Assembly: GCA_050916045.1 (NCBI GenBank)
Contig: CP051526.1
Coordinates: 3,808,001 to 3,872,000 of the forward strand
Reading direction: 5' to 3'
DNA: 64,000 bases
Source: Tepidisphaera sp.
GTDB taxonomy: Bacteria; Planctomycetota; Phycisphaerae; Phycisphaerales; UBA1924
In this document: positions 46,573-55,548 of the stretch, in pieces
How the letters are laid out: each line of letters starts with the position of its first letter
Position numbering within the stretch: position 1 is the stretch's first letter
Made by a program: the position numbers and the translations under genes
The notes under the pieces: generated by a model
Told to the model about the DNA's origin: nothing
What the model saw: the letters and a program-made list of their open reading frames with translations, nothing else
The model's database searches: none

Positions 46573-47928
46573 ATGAATCGACCCATCGGCATCACCGGGC
46601 TTGGCGTCGTGTCCCCCTTTGGCCTTGGGGTGAACGCGCTGTGGGAGGGTCTGGTTGCTGGAACCTCGGCGGTGAAACCGACGACCCGGTTCGACGCTGC
46701 CGCGTTCCGATGCAAGCTGGCGGGCGAGGTGTCGCAGTTCTCGGCTCGCGACCATGTGCCCAAGCACTATCGCAAAGCGGTCAAGGTGATGGCTCGGGAC
46801 ACCGAACTCGCCGTGGTGGCGGCCAAGCTTGCGGTGGAAGATGCCAAGCTGGTCACGCGGGCTCACGCTGGGGACGAGGCAGAAGCCACGCCGACGACGT
46901 ACGCCCCGGACCGGATGGGGTGCCAGATCGGAGCCGGCCTGATCTCCGCTGAAGCCGAGGAGCTGACCGGGGCTCTCGCGACCTCGACCGTCGCGGCGGG
47001 CGAGGATGGCGAGGTCTTCTCGCTGGAGCGCTGGGGTTCGGGCGGGCTGACCAATCTACCGCCGCTCTGGATGCTCAAGTACTTGCCGAACATGCTGGCG
47101 TGCCACGTCACGATCCTGCACGGGGCGGAGGGCCCCAGCAACACGATCACCTGCGGGGAAGCCAGCGGGCTGCTCTCACTGGGCGAAAGCTGCCGAGTGA
47201 TCGAGCGGGGCGCGGCGGACCTGTGCTTCTCGGGCGGAGCGGAGAGCAAGGTCAACGTGATGGGGCTGCTCCGGGCCGAACTCGCGGGCAAGGTCGGAGA
47301 GACCCGCGACGCCGAGACGGGCTCGGCGGCGGTCAAGCCTTATGACCCGCGTTCCGTCGGCGTGCCCGGCGAAGCCGGCGGCATCCTGATCGTCGAAGCG
47401 ATGGACCAGGCCAAAGCCCGCGGCGCGAAGGTGTACGCCCAGATCGTCGGATTTGGCGCCGCGCAGAGCGGCTGGCCGCCCTATTCGACCGCGGCGGAGC
47501 GCGTCGGGCTGACGGCCGTGCAAAATCGCGGGCTCCGGTTCGCGATCGAACGCGCCCTTCGTGATGCCGGCATCACCGCCAACGAGATCGACGCGATCGT
47601 GCCGCAAGCTCCCGGATCCAAGATCGAAGATGAGGGAGAGGGCCACACGCTCAAGCTTGTCTTCGGTGAGCGGCTTTCCCGGATCCCGCTGGTCACGCTT
47701 TCGCCGAACATCGGCAACTCGTGGGCGGGTTCGGGCGGCGTGGCGACGGCGGTGGCGGCGATGATGCTCTCCACGCAGACGATCCCGGCGCGGATCCACG
47801 AAGGGCGGCCGATGGAAGGCTTGCTCGCCGGATCCGCTTCATCCATGAAAGCCGCGTTGCGGCATGTGCTTCTCTGTTCGACGTCCCTCGGCGGCCAGAA
47901 CGCCGCCCTTGTTCTCAAAGCGGTCTGA
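46573..47928 (+). CDS. Beta-ketoacyl synthase-like protein lacking the catalytic triad (chain-length-factor-like)
   Basis: ITGLGVVSPFG fold signature; TCGEASG (Glu at the Cys site), VPQAPGS and IGNSW (Gln and Asn at the His sites). Confidence 0.85.
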   Translation: MNRPIGITGLGVVSPFGLGVNALWEGLVAGTSAVKPTTRFDAAAFRCKLAGEVSQFSARDHVPKHYRKAVKVMARDTELAVVAAKLAVEDAKLVTRAHAGDEAEATPTTYAPDRMGCQIGAGLISAEAEELTGALATSTVAAGEDGEVFSLERWGSGGLTNLPPLWMLKYLPNMLACHVTILHGAEGPSNTITCGEASGLLSLGESCRVIERGAADLCFSGGAESKVNVMGLLRAELAGKVGETRDAETGSAAVKPYDPRSVGVPGEAGGILIVEAMDQAKARGAKVYAQIVGFGAAQSGWPPYSTAAERVGLTAVQNRGLRFAIERALRDAGITANEIDAIVPQAPGSKIEDEGEGHTLKLVFGERLSRIPLVTLSPNIGNSWAGSGGVATAVAAMMLSTQTIPARIHEGRPMEGLLAGSASSMKAALRHVLLCSTSLGGQNAALVLKAV

Positions 47929-47973
47929 AGCCTTGCGTCGGCTTCTCCGACCGAATCTTCACAGGAGCCTCCC

Positions 47974-48609
47974 ATGAGCGGCGAATACCAAGGCGGTTAC
48001 GGACGCGGGCGCGGTGGATATCAAGGTGGTGGCCAAGGCGGCGGCCAGAGCGGCCAAGGCGGCCGGTACGGAGGGGGAGGTCGCGGCGAAAGCGGCGGCC
48101 GGAGCGGCGGCGAACGTCGCGGCATCCCGCTGTCCGACCTGGACCCCGCGCTGACCGCGGTGTCCCACAAGGTCATCGGCTGCGCACGCGATGTGCATAT
48201 GAACCTCGGGCCCGGATACGCCGAAAGCGTCTACATCGAAGCCCTCAAGCACGAGTTCACGGCTCAGGGCATCCCCTTCGAGGTCGCCCGGTCCTACCCC
48301 GTCCGCTACAAGGACGCGACGGTGGGCCAGATCATCACCGACTTCGTCATCGACGGGAAGTTCGTCCTCGAAGTGATGTGCGAGTTCCGGGACGTGTCGA
48401 GCGGCGACCGCGCGGCTTTGCGGGCCCAGCTTAAAGCGTCCGACCTCACGCTCGGCCTCATCACCAACTTCGCCGGCCGTCGTCTGACGGACGGTCTGGT
48501 GCGGGTGCTCAACGTGGACAAGATCCGGGCCGAGCGCGGCGAGGACTTCCACGACGATGCGCAGGACGGCGGGCACGACGGCGGCGTGGACTTTGACGAC
48601 CGTTCGTGA
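47974..48609 (+). CDS. GxxExxY-family protein with RGG/Gly-rich N-terminus and acidic tail
   Basis: AGGAG RBS; LGPGYAESVY, GLITNF; ExK replaced by EVM. Confidence 0.85.
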   Translation: MSGEYQGGYGRGRGGYQGGGQGGGQSGQGGRYGGGGRGESGGRSGGERRGIPLSDLDPALTAVSHKVIGCARDVHMNLGPGYAESVYIEALKHEFTAQGIPFEVARSYPVRYKDATVGQIITDFVIDGKFVLEVMCEFRDVSSGDRAALRAQLKASDLTLGLITNFAGRRLTDGLVRVLNVDKIRAERGEDFHDDAQDGGHDGGVDFDDRS

Positions 48610-48662
48610 TCGGGATCGGAACAGCGGGCCCGCCCGGACGGGGATGGCCTTCGGAGCTTGGC

Positions 48663-50006
48663 ATGGCGTCTCGTCGGGTTGTCATCACGGGCATGGGTTG
48701 GGTCACGCCGCTCGGCGCGGACCTTGAAACGGTCTGGGCCCGTCTTCTCGCGGGGGACTCGGGCATCGGCCCGGTCACGCGTTACCAAGCGGCGACCTTC
48801 CCGACGAACTTCGCCGCGGAGGTGCGCGACTTCAAGCTCACCGACCACGTCGAAGATAGCGGCGGGTATTACACCCGCGCGGGCCTGAGCACGCAGTACG
48901 CTCTCGCCGCGGCGACCAAAGCCTGGAAACAGGCCGGCCTCGACACGGCTTCGCAAAGCGGACTTGCCGACCCGTCGGAATTCGGCGTGTACCTCGGGGC
49001 GGGCGAAGGCTCGCTTGATTTCGAGAACTACGTCGCCACGCACCTTGCTTCGTGGAACAAGGAAACCAAGACCGTCGACGGGAAAGCCTGGGCGGCGCAC
49101 GCGGACAAAGCGATGTCCGCCGTCCGCGAGATCGAGCAGGAGCCCAACATGACGGTCTCCTACGTCGCTTCGGCGCTGGGGTGCATGGGGCCGGCTTTCA
49201 ACTGCATGACGGCGTGCGCCGCGAGCACGCAAGCGATCGGGGAAGCGTTCGAGATCATCCGCCGCGGCGATGCCCCGGGCATGCTCGCGGGCGGCGCTCA
49301 CACGATGATCCACCCGCTCGGCATGACCGGGTTCATCCGCCTCACCGCGATGAGCCAGCGTCGCGACACGCCCACGTCCGCCGCTCGACCCTTCGACCAG
49401 ACCCGCGACGGGTTCGTGATGGGCGAGGGCGCGGGGATCCTCGTGCTCGAGGAACTCGAGCACGCCAAGCGGCGCGGTGCGAACATTCTTGCCGAGGTCG
49501 TCGGGTACGGCTCGTCGGCGGATGCGTTCCGCATCACCGACATTCAGACCGAGGGCAAGGGTGCGATCGCCGCGATGAGCCAAGCTCTCCGGCAAGCGGG
49601 GATCAACCCGCGCGAGCCCGGAGCCGACGGCCGCCCGCCGGTGCACTACATCTCCGCCCACGGCACGGGCACGAAGGAAAACGACAAGATCGAGACGCTC
49701 GCGGTCAAAGGCGTCTTCGGCTCGATGGCTTCCAAGGTCCCCTTCAGCTCGATCAAGAGCATGATGGGCCACCTGATCCAAGCCGCCGGCGCGGTCGAGC
49801 TCATCACGTGCGTCCTGGCGATCCAGACCGGCAAGGTCCCGCCGACGATGAACCTGCAGACGCCGGACCCCGACTGCGACCTTGACTACGTGCCGAACAA
49901 GTCGCGCGACCTGAACGGTGCGGGCGGCGTGGATGTCTGCTTCTCGAACTCGTTCGGGTTCGGCGGGCAGAACGACACGGTGGTCGTGAAGCGATACGCG
50001 CCCTGA
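48663..50006 (+). CDS. fabF: Beta-ketoacyl-ACP synthase II-like
   Basis: TACAAST, AHGTGT, KSMMGH, SNSFGFGGQN all intact. Confidence 0.88.
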   Translation: MASRRVVITGMGWVTPLGADLETVWARLLAGDSGIGPVTRYQAATFPTNFAAEVRDFKLTDHVEDSGGYYTRAGLSTQYALAAATKAWKQAGLDTASQSGLADPSEFGVYLGAGEGSLDFENYVATHLASWNKETKTVDGKAWAAHADKAMSAVREIEQEPNMTVSYVASALGCMGPAFNCMTACAASTQAIGEAFEIIRRGDAPGMLAGGAHTMIHPLGMTGFIRLTAMSQRRDTPTSAARPFDQTRDGFVMGEGAGILVLEELEHAKRRGANILAEVVGYGSSADAFRITDIQTEGKGAIAAMSQALRQAGINPREPGADGRPPVHYISAHGTGTKENDKIETLAVKGVFGSMASKVPFSSIKSMMGHLIQAAGAVELITCVLAIQTGKVPPTMNLQTPDPDCDLDYVPNKSRDLNGAGGVDVCFSNSFGFGGQNDTVVVKRYAP

Positions 50007-50010
50007 TTTT

Positions 50011-50106
50011 CAGAGCCCGACGCGCCAGCGAGGAAGAAGCGGAGTGACGCTCGCAAGTTCGCTAAAGCGACCGACGTCAGGCCGGAAGCGACGAGTCGCG
50101 GGATGG
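50011..50106 (+). repeat. 96-bp direct repeat copy 1 (24-bp REP-like head plus gene 5' end)
   Basis: 91/96 identical to 50580-50675. Confidence 0.95.
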
Positions 50107-50616
50107 AGCCTCGTTTCCATCGGCCTTGTGTTCGCGTCGGTGACCTTCGCAATGCGTTGGTATGAGTGGCGGCAAGAATGGAACGATACCTGGATATGGT
50201 TTGAGGGCGGAACCGCGGGCTTAGGCTGGTCCCAGGCCATGCAATCCAACCGCAGACTCACAGGGTATTGGCCGCCGAAAGGCCTTTTCAAAGCTGAACG
50301 TCCGCTCTCCTGGAAGCTGGATGACAAAGATCCACCTGCCGCGTTTGACATCGGAGTATTCCGGCTGATCACTTGGACAGATTCAACCCGAGGTCAGTTA
50401 AGAGCTTGGCGTGCAAGGGTCCTGCTCTGGCCCTTTGGTCTGAGCTTTCTGATTGCGGGTGCGAGCTTCGTTGTCAACGGCCGTTGGGCGCGAAAGCTCG
50501 CGCAAGCCGGCAGTTGCCCGGCATGCGGCTACAACTTGAATGGCCTGCCACCGGCGACACCCTGTCCCGAGTGCGGCTCCAGAGCCCGACGCGCCAGCGA
50601 GGGAGAAGCGGAGTGA
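50044..50616 (+). CDS. Two-TM membrane protein with C-terminal Zn ribbon
   Basis: CPACGYNLNGL...CPECG. Confidence 0.75.
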   Translation: MTLASSLKRPTSGRKRRVAGWSLVSIGLVFASVTFAMRWYEWRQEWNDTWIWFEGGTAGLGWSQAMQSNRRLTGYWPPKGLFKAERPLSWKLDDKDPPAAFDIGVFRLITWTDSTRGQLRAWRARVLLWPFGLSFLIAGASFVVNGRWARKLAQAGSCPACGYNLNGLPPATPCPECGSRARRASEGEAE

Positions 50617-50675
50617 GGCTCGCACGTTCGCCAAAGCGACCGACGTCAGGCCGGAAGCGACGAGTCGCGGGGTGG
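50580..50675 (+). repeat. 96-bp direct repeat copy 2
   Basis: See 50011-50106; offset 569 bp. Confidence 0.95.
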
Positions 50676-51179
50676 GCACTGGTCATGACGGGCTTGGCGA
50701 TCGCGGCAATTGCGCTTTTCTCCTTTTTCACGACTCGGTCCTGGTCGGCGAGTTCAACATCATGGTGGATCAGCATCGACGCTGAATGCACTCACATCGG
50801 GTGGAATTCCCGCCAGTCGGACACGATTTCCTTCTTGGGTTATCGAACCGCAGACGACGGCTTCTTTTGGCTTCCACAACACGGAGATTCGAGGCCGATC
50901 TCGACCGCAATACTCGCGATCCGCGTCGACCCGTGGCCAGTCGGCGGGCCGCTAGATCGTGTCGAGGTGATCTTCGCCGTTTGGCCGACCGTGTTCGGAG
51001 CCCTTGGCGTGGGAGGTTTCCTGGCACTCTGGGGAAGAATGGGCGATCGAGCACAGCCCGGAGTCTGTCTTGCGTGCCGCTACGACCGCTCAGGCCTCGC
51101 CGCTGAAACCCCTTGCCCGGAATGCGGTAGCAGTGTTCGCGACGTGACGAGGCAGACTGTCGTGCCGCCGAAAGCCTGA
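50613..51179 (+). CDS. Two-TM membrane protein with C-terminal Zn ribbon
   Basis: GTG overlaps the upstream TGA; same N-terminus KRPTSGRKRRVAGW; CLACRYDRSGL...CPECG. Confidence 0.75.
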   Translation: MRLARSPKRPTSGRKRRVAGWALVMTGLAIAAIALFSFFTTRSWSASSTSWWISIDAECTHIGWNSRQSDTISFLGYRTADDGFFWLPQHGDSRPISTAILAIRVDPWPVGGPLDRVEVIFAVWPTVFGALGVGGFLALWGRMGDRAQPGVCLACRYDRSGLAAETPCPECGSSVRDVTRQTVVPPKA

Positions 51180-51206
51180 GTTTTTCGGGCGACTTGGGCC
51201 GATTCA

Positions 51207-51230
51207 CCCTCGCTGGCGCGTCGGGCTCTG
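51207..51230 (-). repeat. Inverted copy of the 24-bp REP-like head
   Basis: ccctcgctggcgcgtcgggctctg is the exact reverse complement of 50580-50603. Confidence 0.93.
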
Positions 51231-51239
51231 AAGGAGAAG

Positions 51240-51743
51240 ATGGGACGCGGACGTGTAAGACGATGGCTGGGCTTGGGGATCGTCGGCGTGGGCGCTGCGG
51301 TCTTCGCGGTCTATCTCGCGTCGGGGTTCTGGCTTCTCGCGGCCAAGCAGCCGCCGCGTCGGTATGTCGTTATCCCCGCGGGCACGCTCTGCATCACATG
51401 GAAGCCCGACCGCCCCACCGCTTCGTGGTCGTGGGAAGGCAGCTTCGCGTGGACGGGGATGAACCTCGACCTCTGGTACAAGCCAGCCGACAGCGGGCCG
51501 CTTGGGTACCTCTTCTACCGCTCGCCGGGGTCGAACCGCGCCCAAGGGTTCATGATCGTGAATCTGCTGCCGGTCAGCGCGCTCGTCATGCTGACCGGAG
51601 CGGGGTTCATCGTGTGGGGGCGGAGGGCCCGGTACCGATCGCGGCCGGGGTTCTGCGGAAAATGCGGGTACGACCGGTCGGGGATCGACGCGGAAGCGTC
51701 GTGCCCGGAGTGCGGATTCCGGCCTCGCGCGAAGCGAACGTGA
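51240..51743 (+). CDS. Two-TM membrane protein with C-terminal Zn ribbon
   Basis: AAGGAG RBS; CGKCGYDRSGI...CPECG. Confidence 0.78.
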   Translation: MGRGRVRRWLGLGIVGVGAAVFAVYLASGFWLLAAKQPPRRYVVIPAGTLCITWKPDRPTASWSWEGSFAWTGMNLDLWYKPADSGPLGYLFYRSPGSNRAQGFMIVNLLPVSALVMLTGAGFIVWGRRARYRSRPGFCGKCGYDRSGIDAEASCPECGFRPRAKRT

Positions 51744-51758
51744 CGGCAAAACCCGCAG

Positions 51759-52988
51759 TCAGCGTGCCGCTTGCTTGGTCGCGTCCGCCGCAAGGTCCGA
51801 AGCGTCGATTGCGAAGACCCAGATCTGCGAGTCTTCGCCGGCTTTGAAGTCGTTGTCGGTCGTGACCAGGAGCGTCCGCTTGCCGTCGGGTTGATCGGGC
51901 CCGAAAGCGAGGCCTTCGATCTTCGCGGGGATCGGCCGCTCGGCGGTGTTGAGCTTGAATCGCGGGTCGAGCAGATCGATCAGCGTCGTCACCGAGCCGG
52001 GCTTGATCTCCGGCGGAAGCTTCAGCGGCGGGAGTTCGCCGACACCCGCGACGTTGGTTGCGCCCGAGAAATCAACCTTCGTGATCCGCTTGGCTTTGGT
52101 CTTGTCGGCTTCCTTGCTGTCGCGTTCGATGGCGAGAAAGACCTCGCCGGTCACCGCGAGCAGCTCATTGGTGCCAAACTGCGGGCTCGTCAGCGGGTAG
52201 ACCCACTCGAGCGGCACCGGGTCCTTCTTGTCCGAGGTCGAGAGGTGGAGCACGCGGATGAACCGCCCGATGCGCTCGTTGGCGTCATCCAGCGCGTGGT
52301 CCTGGATCAGCGGGCCCTGAAGGAATGCGAGCACCTCGCCCGGTGCCGTGATCGCAAGCCCCTCGAACCCTCGGTTGGGCTGACGGCCGCGCGTGTTGAG
52401 CGGGGGGAGTTCATCCTCTTCCAAGCCGCCGCGGGCTTTGGGGTGGTACGCGCTCGGCACGGCGAGACGCTTCAGGAGCTTGCCCGCGGGCGAGAAAGCG
52501 AGCACATGAGGCCCGTACTCGTCGGAGATGTAGATCGTGCCGCCCGGTCCGACGCGGACGCCCTCTGGATCGAGGCGGAGGTCCTCGCTCCCGTCTTCGG
52601 GCCCGGAGGGCTTGTACGCGCCGGTCGCCCCGATGAAGGGACGTCCCGACTCATCGGTGAGCATGACGGTCTTGGTGAGCGTGAAGGACCAGTCCCGAGC
52701 GCCCGGCGAGGACGGCTTGATCGTGGCGATCTGAAACCGGCACTGGTAGGCCGTCCCACCGTCGCGAGGGCCACGATCGGGCAGGAGGATGTACTCGTCG
52801 TCCTTGATCCGGTCGATCGCGGACCCAAACCCGCCCAGCCGGTTGTGCGGAACATCCGACGCGAGGATGTCGGTGAGCCCGGACAGATCCGATGCTCCGG
52901 CGGGGATGGTGATCGTCGCGATCAACGAAACGTCCGCCGCGAGCAGGGAAGCGGGAAGGAAGGCAATGGCGGCGGCGATGGGGCGCAT
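51759..52988 (-). CDS. Secreted esterase-like-activity-of-phytase family protein
   Basis: LGGFGSAI, PDRGP, DPEG, ISDEYGP, NRGFEGLA, KIEGL, DNDF. Confidence 0.88.
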   Translation of the reverse strand: MRPIAAAIAFLPASLLAADVSLIATITIPAGASDLSGLTDILASDVPHNRLGGFGSAIDRIKDDEYILLPDRGPRDGGTAYQCRFQIATIKPSSPGARDWSFTLTKTVMLTDESGRPFIGATGAYKPSGPEDGSEDLRLDPEGVRVGPGGTIYISDEYGPHVLAFSPAGKLLKRLAVPSAYHPKARGGLEEDELPPLNTRGRQPNRGFEGLAITAPGEVLAFLQGPLIQDHALDDANERIGRFIRVLHLSTSDKKDPVPLEWVYPLTSPQFGTNELLAVTGEVFLAIERDSKEADKTKAKRITKVDFSGATNVAGVGELPPLKLPPEIKPGSVTTLIDLLDPRFKLNTAERPIPAKIEGLAFGPDQPDGKRTLLVTTDNDFKAGEDSQIWVFAIDASDLAADATKQAAR

Positions 52989-53064
52989 GGTCGTGGCTCC
53001 GGGTGTACGCTGGGTGTGATGGTTGGAGGCCCTCCGTGAAGAGACCGCTCAGGATGCGCAAAGA

Positions 53065-53901
53065 ATGAACCCGGCGACGTTCACCATCCTGGTGTTCGCG
53101 GGGTCGATGGCCGCCGGGTGCCTCGGGGCGCTCACGGGCCTGGGCGGCGGCGTGGTGGTCATCCCGATGCTTGTGTTGGCGTTCGGCGTGGACCTCAAGT
53201 ACGCGATCGGAGCGTCGCTGGTCGCGGTGATCTCGACGAGCACGGGCGCGGCCGCGGCGTACGTCCGGGAGGGGTACACGAACACCCGCATTGCGATGCT
53301 GCTCGAGGTCGCGACGACCGCCGGGGCGCTGCTCGGGGCGTATGTCGCTGGGTTCCTGCGGGCGGACATCATTGTCTACATCTTCTCGGCGGTGCTTTTC
53401 TGGTCCGCGTGGAACGCGACCAAGGAACCCAAGCCGAGCAAACCGGGCGAGGCGCCGGATCCACTGGCGACGAAGCTTCGCCTGGACGGGTCTTATCCGA
53501 CGCCCCAGGGGCCGGTCGCGTACCGGGTGCGGAACGTGCCGGGCGCGTTCGCGGTGATGCTCTTCGCCGGAATCCTGTCGGCGGTGGTGGGCATCGGGTC
53601 GGGAGTGGTGAAGGTGCTCGCGATGGACCGGCTGATGCGGTTGCCGTTCAAAGTGAGCACGACGACAAGCAACTTCATGATCGGGGTGACGGCGGCGGCT
53701 TCGGCGGGGGTGTACCTGCACCGCGGCCAGCTTGAGCCCACGCTTTGCGCGCCGGTCGCGCTTGGAGCGATGGCCGGAGCGTTGATCGGGTCAAAGGTTT
53801 TGGCGCGGGCGCGGGTGCGCTGGCTTCGGATCATCTTCGCGGTGACGGTGGCGGCGTCGGGCGTGCAGCTGGTGCTTCGGGCGATCCGGGGGGAGGTCTG
53901 A
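53065..53901 (+). CDS. Sulfite exporter TauE/SafE family protein
   Basis: GALTGLGGGVV, GIGSGVVKVLAMD, STTTSNFMIGVT. Confidence 0.9.
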   Translation: MNPATFTILVFAGSMAAGCLGALTGLGGGVVVIPMLVLAFGVDLKYAIGASLVAVISTSTGAAAAYVREGYTNTRIAMLLEVATTAGALLGAYVAGFLRADIIVYIFSAVLFWSAWNATKEPKPSKPGEAPDPLATKLRLDGSYPTPQGPVAYRVRNVPGAFAVMLFAGILSAVVGIGSGVVKVLAMDRLMRLPFKVSTTTSNFMIGVTAAASAGVYLHRGQLEPTLCAPVALGAMAGALIGSKVLARARVRWLRIIFAVTVAASGVQLVLRAIRGEV

Positions 53902-54281
53902 TGGAAGCCAAGCCGAAGATCAGCTCGGTCAATCGCTGGCTTGCGAACGTCATGGTCGCGGGCGTGTGCGTCTCGGCGGCGCTGTGCGGGCTCGGGCTGA
54001 TGATCGCGCTGGGCCGGGATGACCCTCGGGCACCGCTCAAGCCGTTCGCGGGTGTCGCGGAGGGGCTGAACTCGCCTCGGGGCGTGCTGGCGGCGGCGGG
54101 AAATCTCGAGCCGGCCGGGCTGATGGCTCTGGGGGTGCTGGTGCTGATCGCGACGCCCGTGATCCGCGTCGGATTTGCCCTGGTGGGGTTCGTGATCGAG
54201 GGGGACCGGGTGTACATGGTGGTGACGTCGATCGTGCTGGCGTTGCTCGCGTGCGGGCTGTTTTTCGGGATGGTGGACTGA
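53901..54281 (+). CDS. DUF1634-like membrane protein
   Basis: LGVLVLIATPVIRV; TGATG coupling to the TauE gene. Confidence 0.85.
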   Translation: MEAKPKISSVNRWLANVMVAGVCVSAALCGLGLMIALGRDDPRAPLKPFAGVAEGLNSPRGVLAAAGNLEPAGLMALGVLVLIATPVIRVGFALVGFVIEGDRVYMVVTSIVLALLACGLFFGMVD

Positions 54282-54344
54282 GCGCGGGATGGGGCCGGCG
54301 GAGCGGAACACCGGCCCGTCGGCCTCCCGGCTACACTCGCCCCC

Positions 54345-55055
54345 GTGAGCGATCTGGCTTCCATCTCGTCGCTTTTCGCCGGTCGATTCCTCGCGTTCGA
54401 AGGGGCTGACGGCTCGGGCAAAAGCACGCAGCTCAAGCGGTTCGTTGACGCGTTGGCCGCCGCGGGACTGACCGTGTGCGAAGTCCGCGAGCCTGGCGGC
54501 ACAGCGATCGGCGAAGAGATTCGCAAGGTCCTTCTCCACACCAAGGAAGAGATGACGCTCCACTGCGAGATGCTCCTCTACATGGCGAGCAGAGCGCAAC
54601 TTGTCGAGCAGCGGATCCTGCCGGCGCTGGCCGCAGGTCACGTGGTCATCGCGGACCGGTTCCTGAGCTCGACCATCGCGTACCAGGGCGCGGGCGGCGG
54701 CGTGCCGGTCGAGGACATCCTCGCGGTGGGGAAAGCCGCGACGCGCGGCCGGCTTCCGGACCTCATCATCATCTTCGACGTCGACAAGGAAACCGCAGCG
54801 CGACGGACGCGCGGCGTTCAGGCGCCCAAGACCAAGCGGCGGTCGACCGCGACTGCGGGAGCTCCGTCTGTGACGCTTTTCGACGACCGGATCGAGCAGC
54901 GCGGGGACGATTTCCACTCGCGGGTGCGGCAGAGCTATCTGGACCAAGCCGCGGCGGAGCCCGCCCGGCACCTGGTGATCGACGCCCGGCCGGATCCCGA
55001 GACGGTGTGGAAATCGCTTGTTTCGGCGGTTTCGGCACGTCTGAAGGCGATCTGA
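54345..55055 (+). CDS. tmk: Thymidylate kinase
   Basis: FEGADGSGKSTQ, REPGGT, DRFLSSTIAYQG. Confidence 0.96.
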   Translation: MSDLASISSLFAGRFLAFEGADGSGKSTQLKRFVDALAAAGLTVCEVREPGGTAIGEEIRKVLLHTKEEMTLHCEMLLYMASRAQLVEQRILPALAAGHVVIADRFLSSTIAYQGAGGGVPVEDILAVGKAATRGRLPDLIIIFDVDKETAARRTRGVQAPKTKRRSTATAGAPSVTLFDDRIEQRGDDFHSRVRQSYLDQAAAEPARHLVIDARPDPETVWKSLVSAVSARLKAI

Positions 55056-55223
55056 GGGCGTCTGGCGGTACTTATCGGACAGGCCGGTCGCGCACCCGGT
55101 TCCAGAATCAACGTCGGCTCCGTCGATGCAGACGGTGGCTTCGCGGACGCCCCCTTGCAACGGTCGCAGCGTGTGCGACGGATATGCGGGCGTCCCGAGG
55201 GCCGTGCAACGACGAGGTTTCAC

Positions 55224-55538
55224 ATGCTCCTGTCCGACAGGCTGACTGATTCCGACTCTAAAGGGCCGAAGGCGTACGCCTTTCCTTCGGCAAGGAGTCG
55301 ACCGTTGAAGCACACGCCCAAGCCGAAGCTGAGACTGACGACCGATGAGCCGGAGGACACGCCGGCGCCGCTCCGGTTCAATCCCAAAGCCAAGGGCGAC
55401 GACGCGCAGGTCGAGCAGACGACCGATGATCTCTCCGCCGGCGTGGGCGAAGCGATCGAGAACGCTCAGCGCAAACTTGACGACCTGCGGAAGCTGCTTT
55501 TCCCCGATCAGGATGATGACGGCCCGCGTGCGGCGTGA
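55224..55538 (+). CDS. Small acidic hypothetical protein
   Basis: GAGG RBS; 104-aa ORF with a C-terminal amphipathic helix, ending PRAA. Confidence 0.6.
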   Translation: MLLSDRLTDSDSKGPKAYAFPSARSRPLKHTPKPKLRLTTDEPEDTPAPLRFNPKAKGDDAQVEQTTDDLSAGVGEAIENAQRKLDDLRKLLFPDQDDDGPRAA

Positions 55539-55548
55539 TCGTCGCGGC

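Noticed and set aside
50011..51230. CRISPR array or integron attC array
   Set aside because: Only three copies with one inverted, spacing of about 570-630 bp, no cas or integrase gene, and no attC-type core sites recognised.
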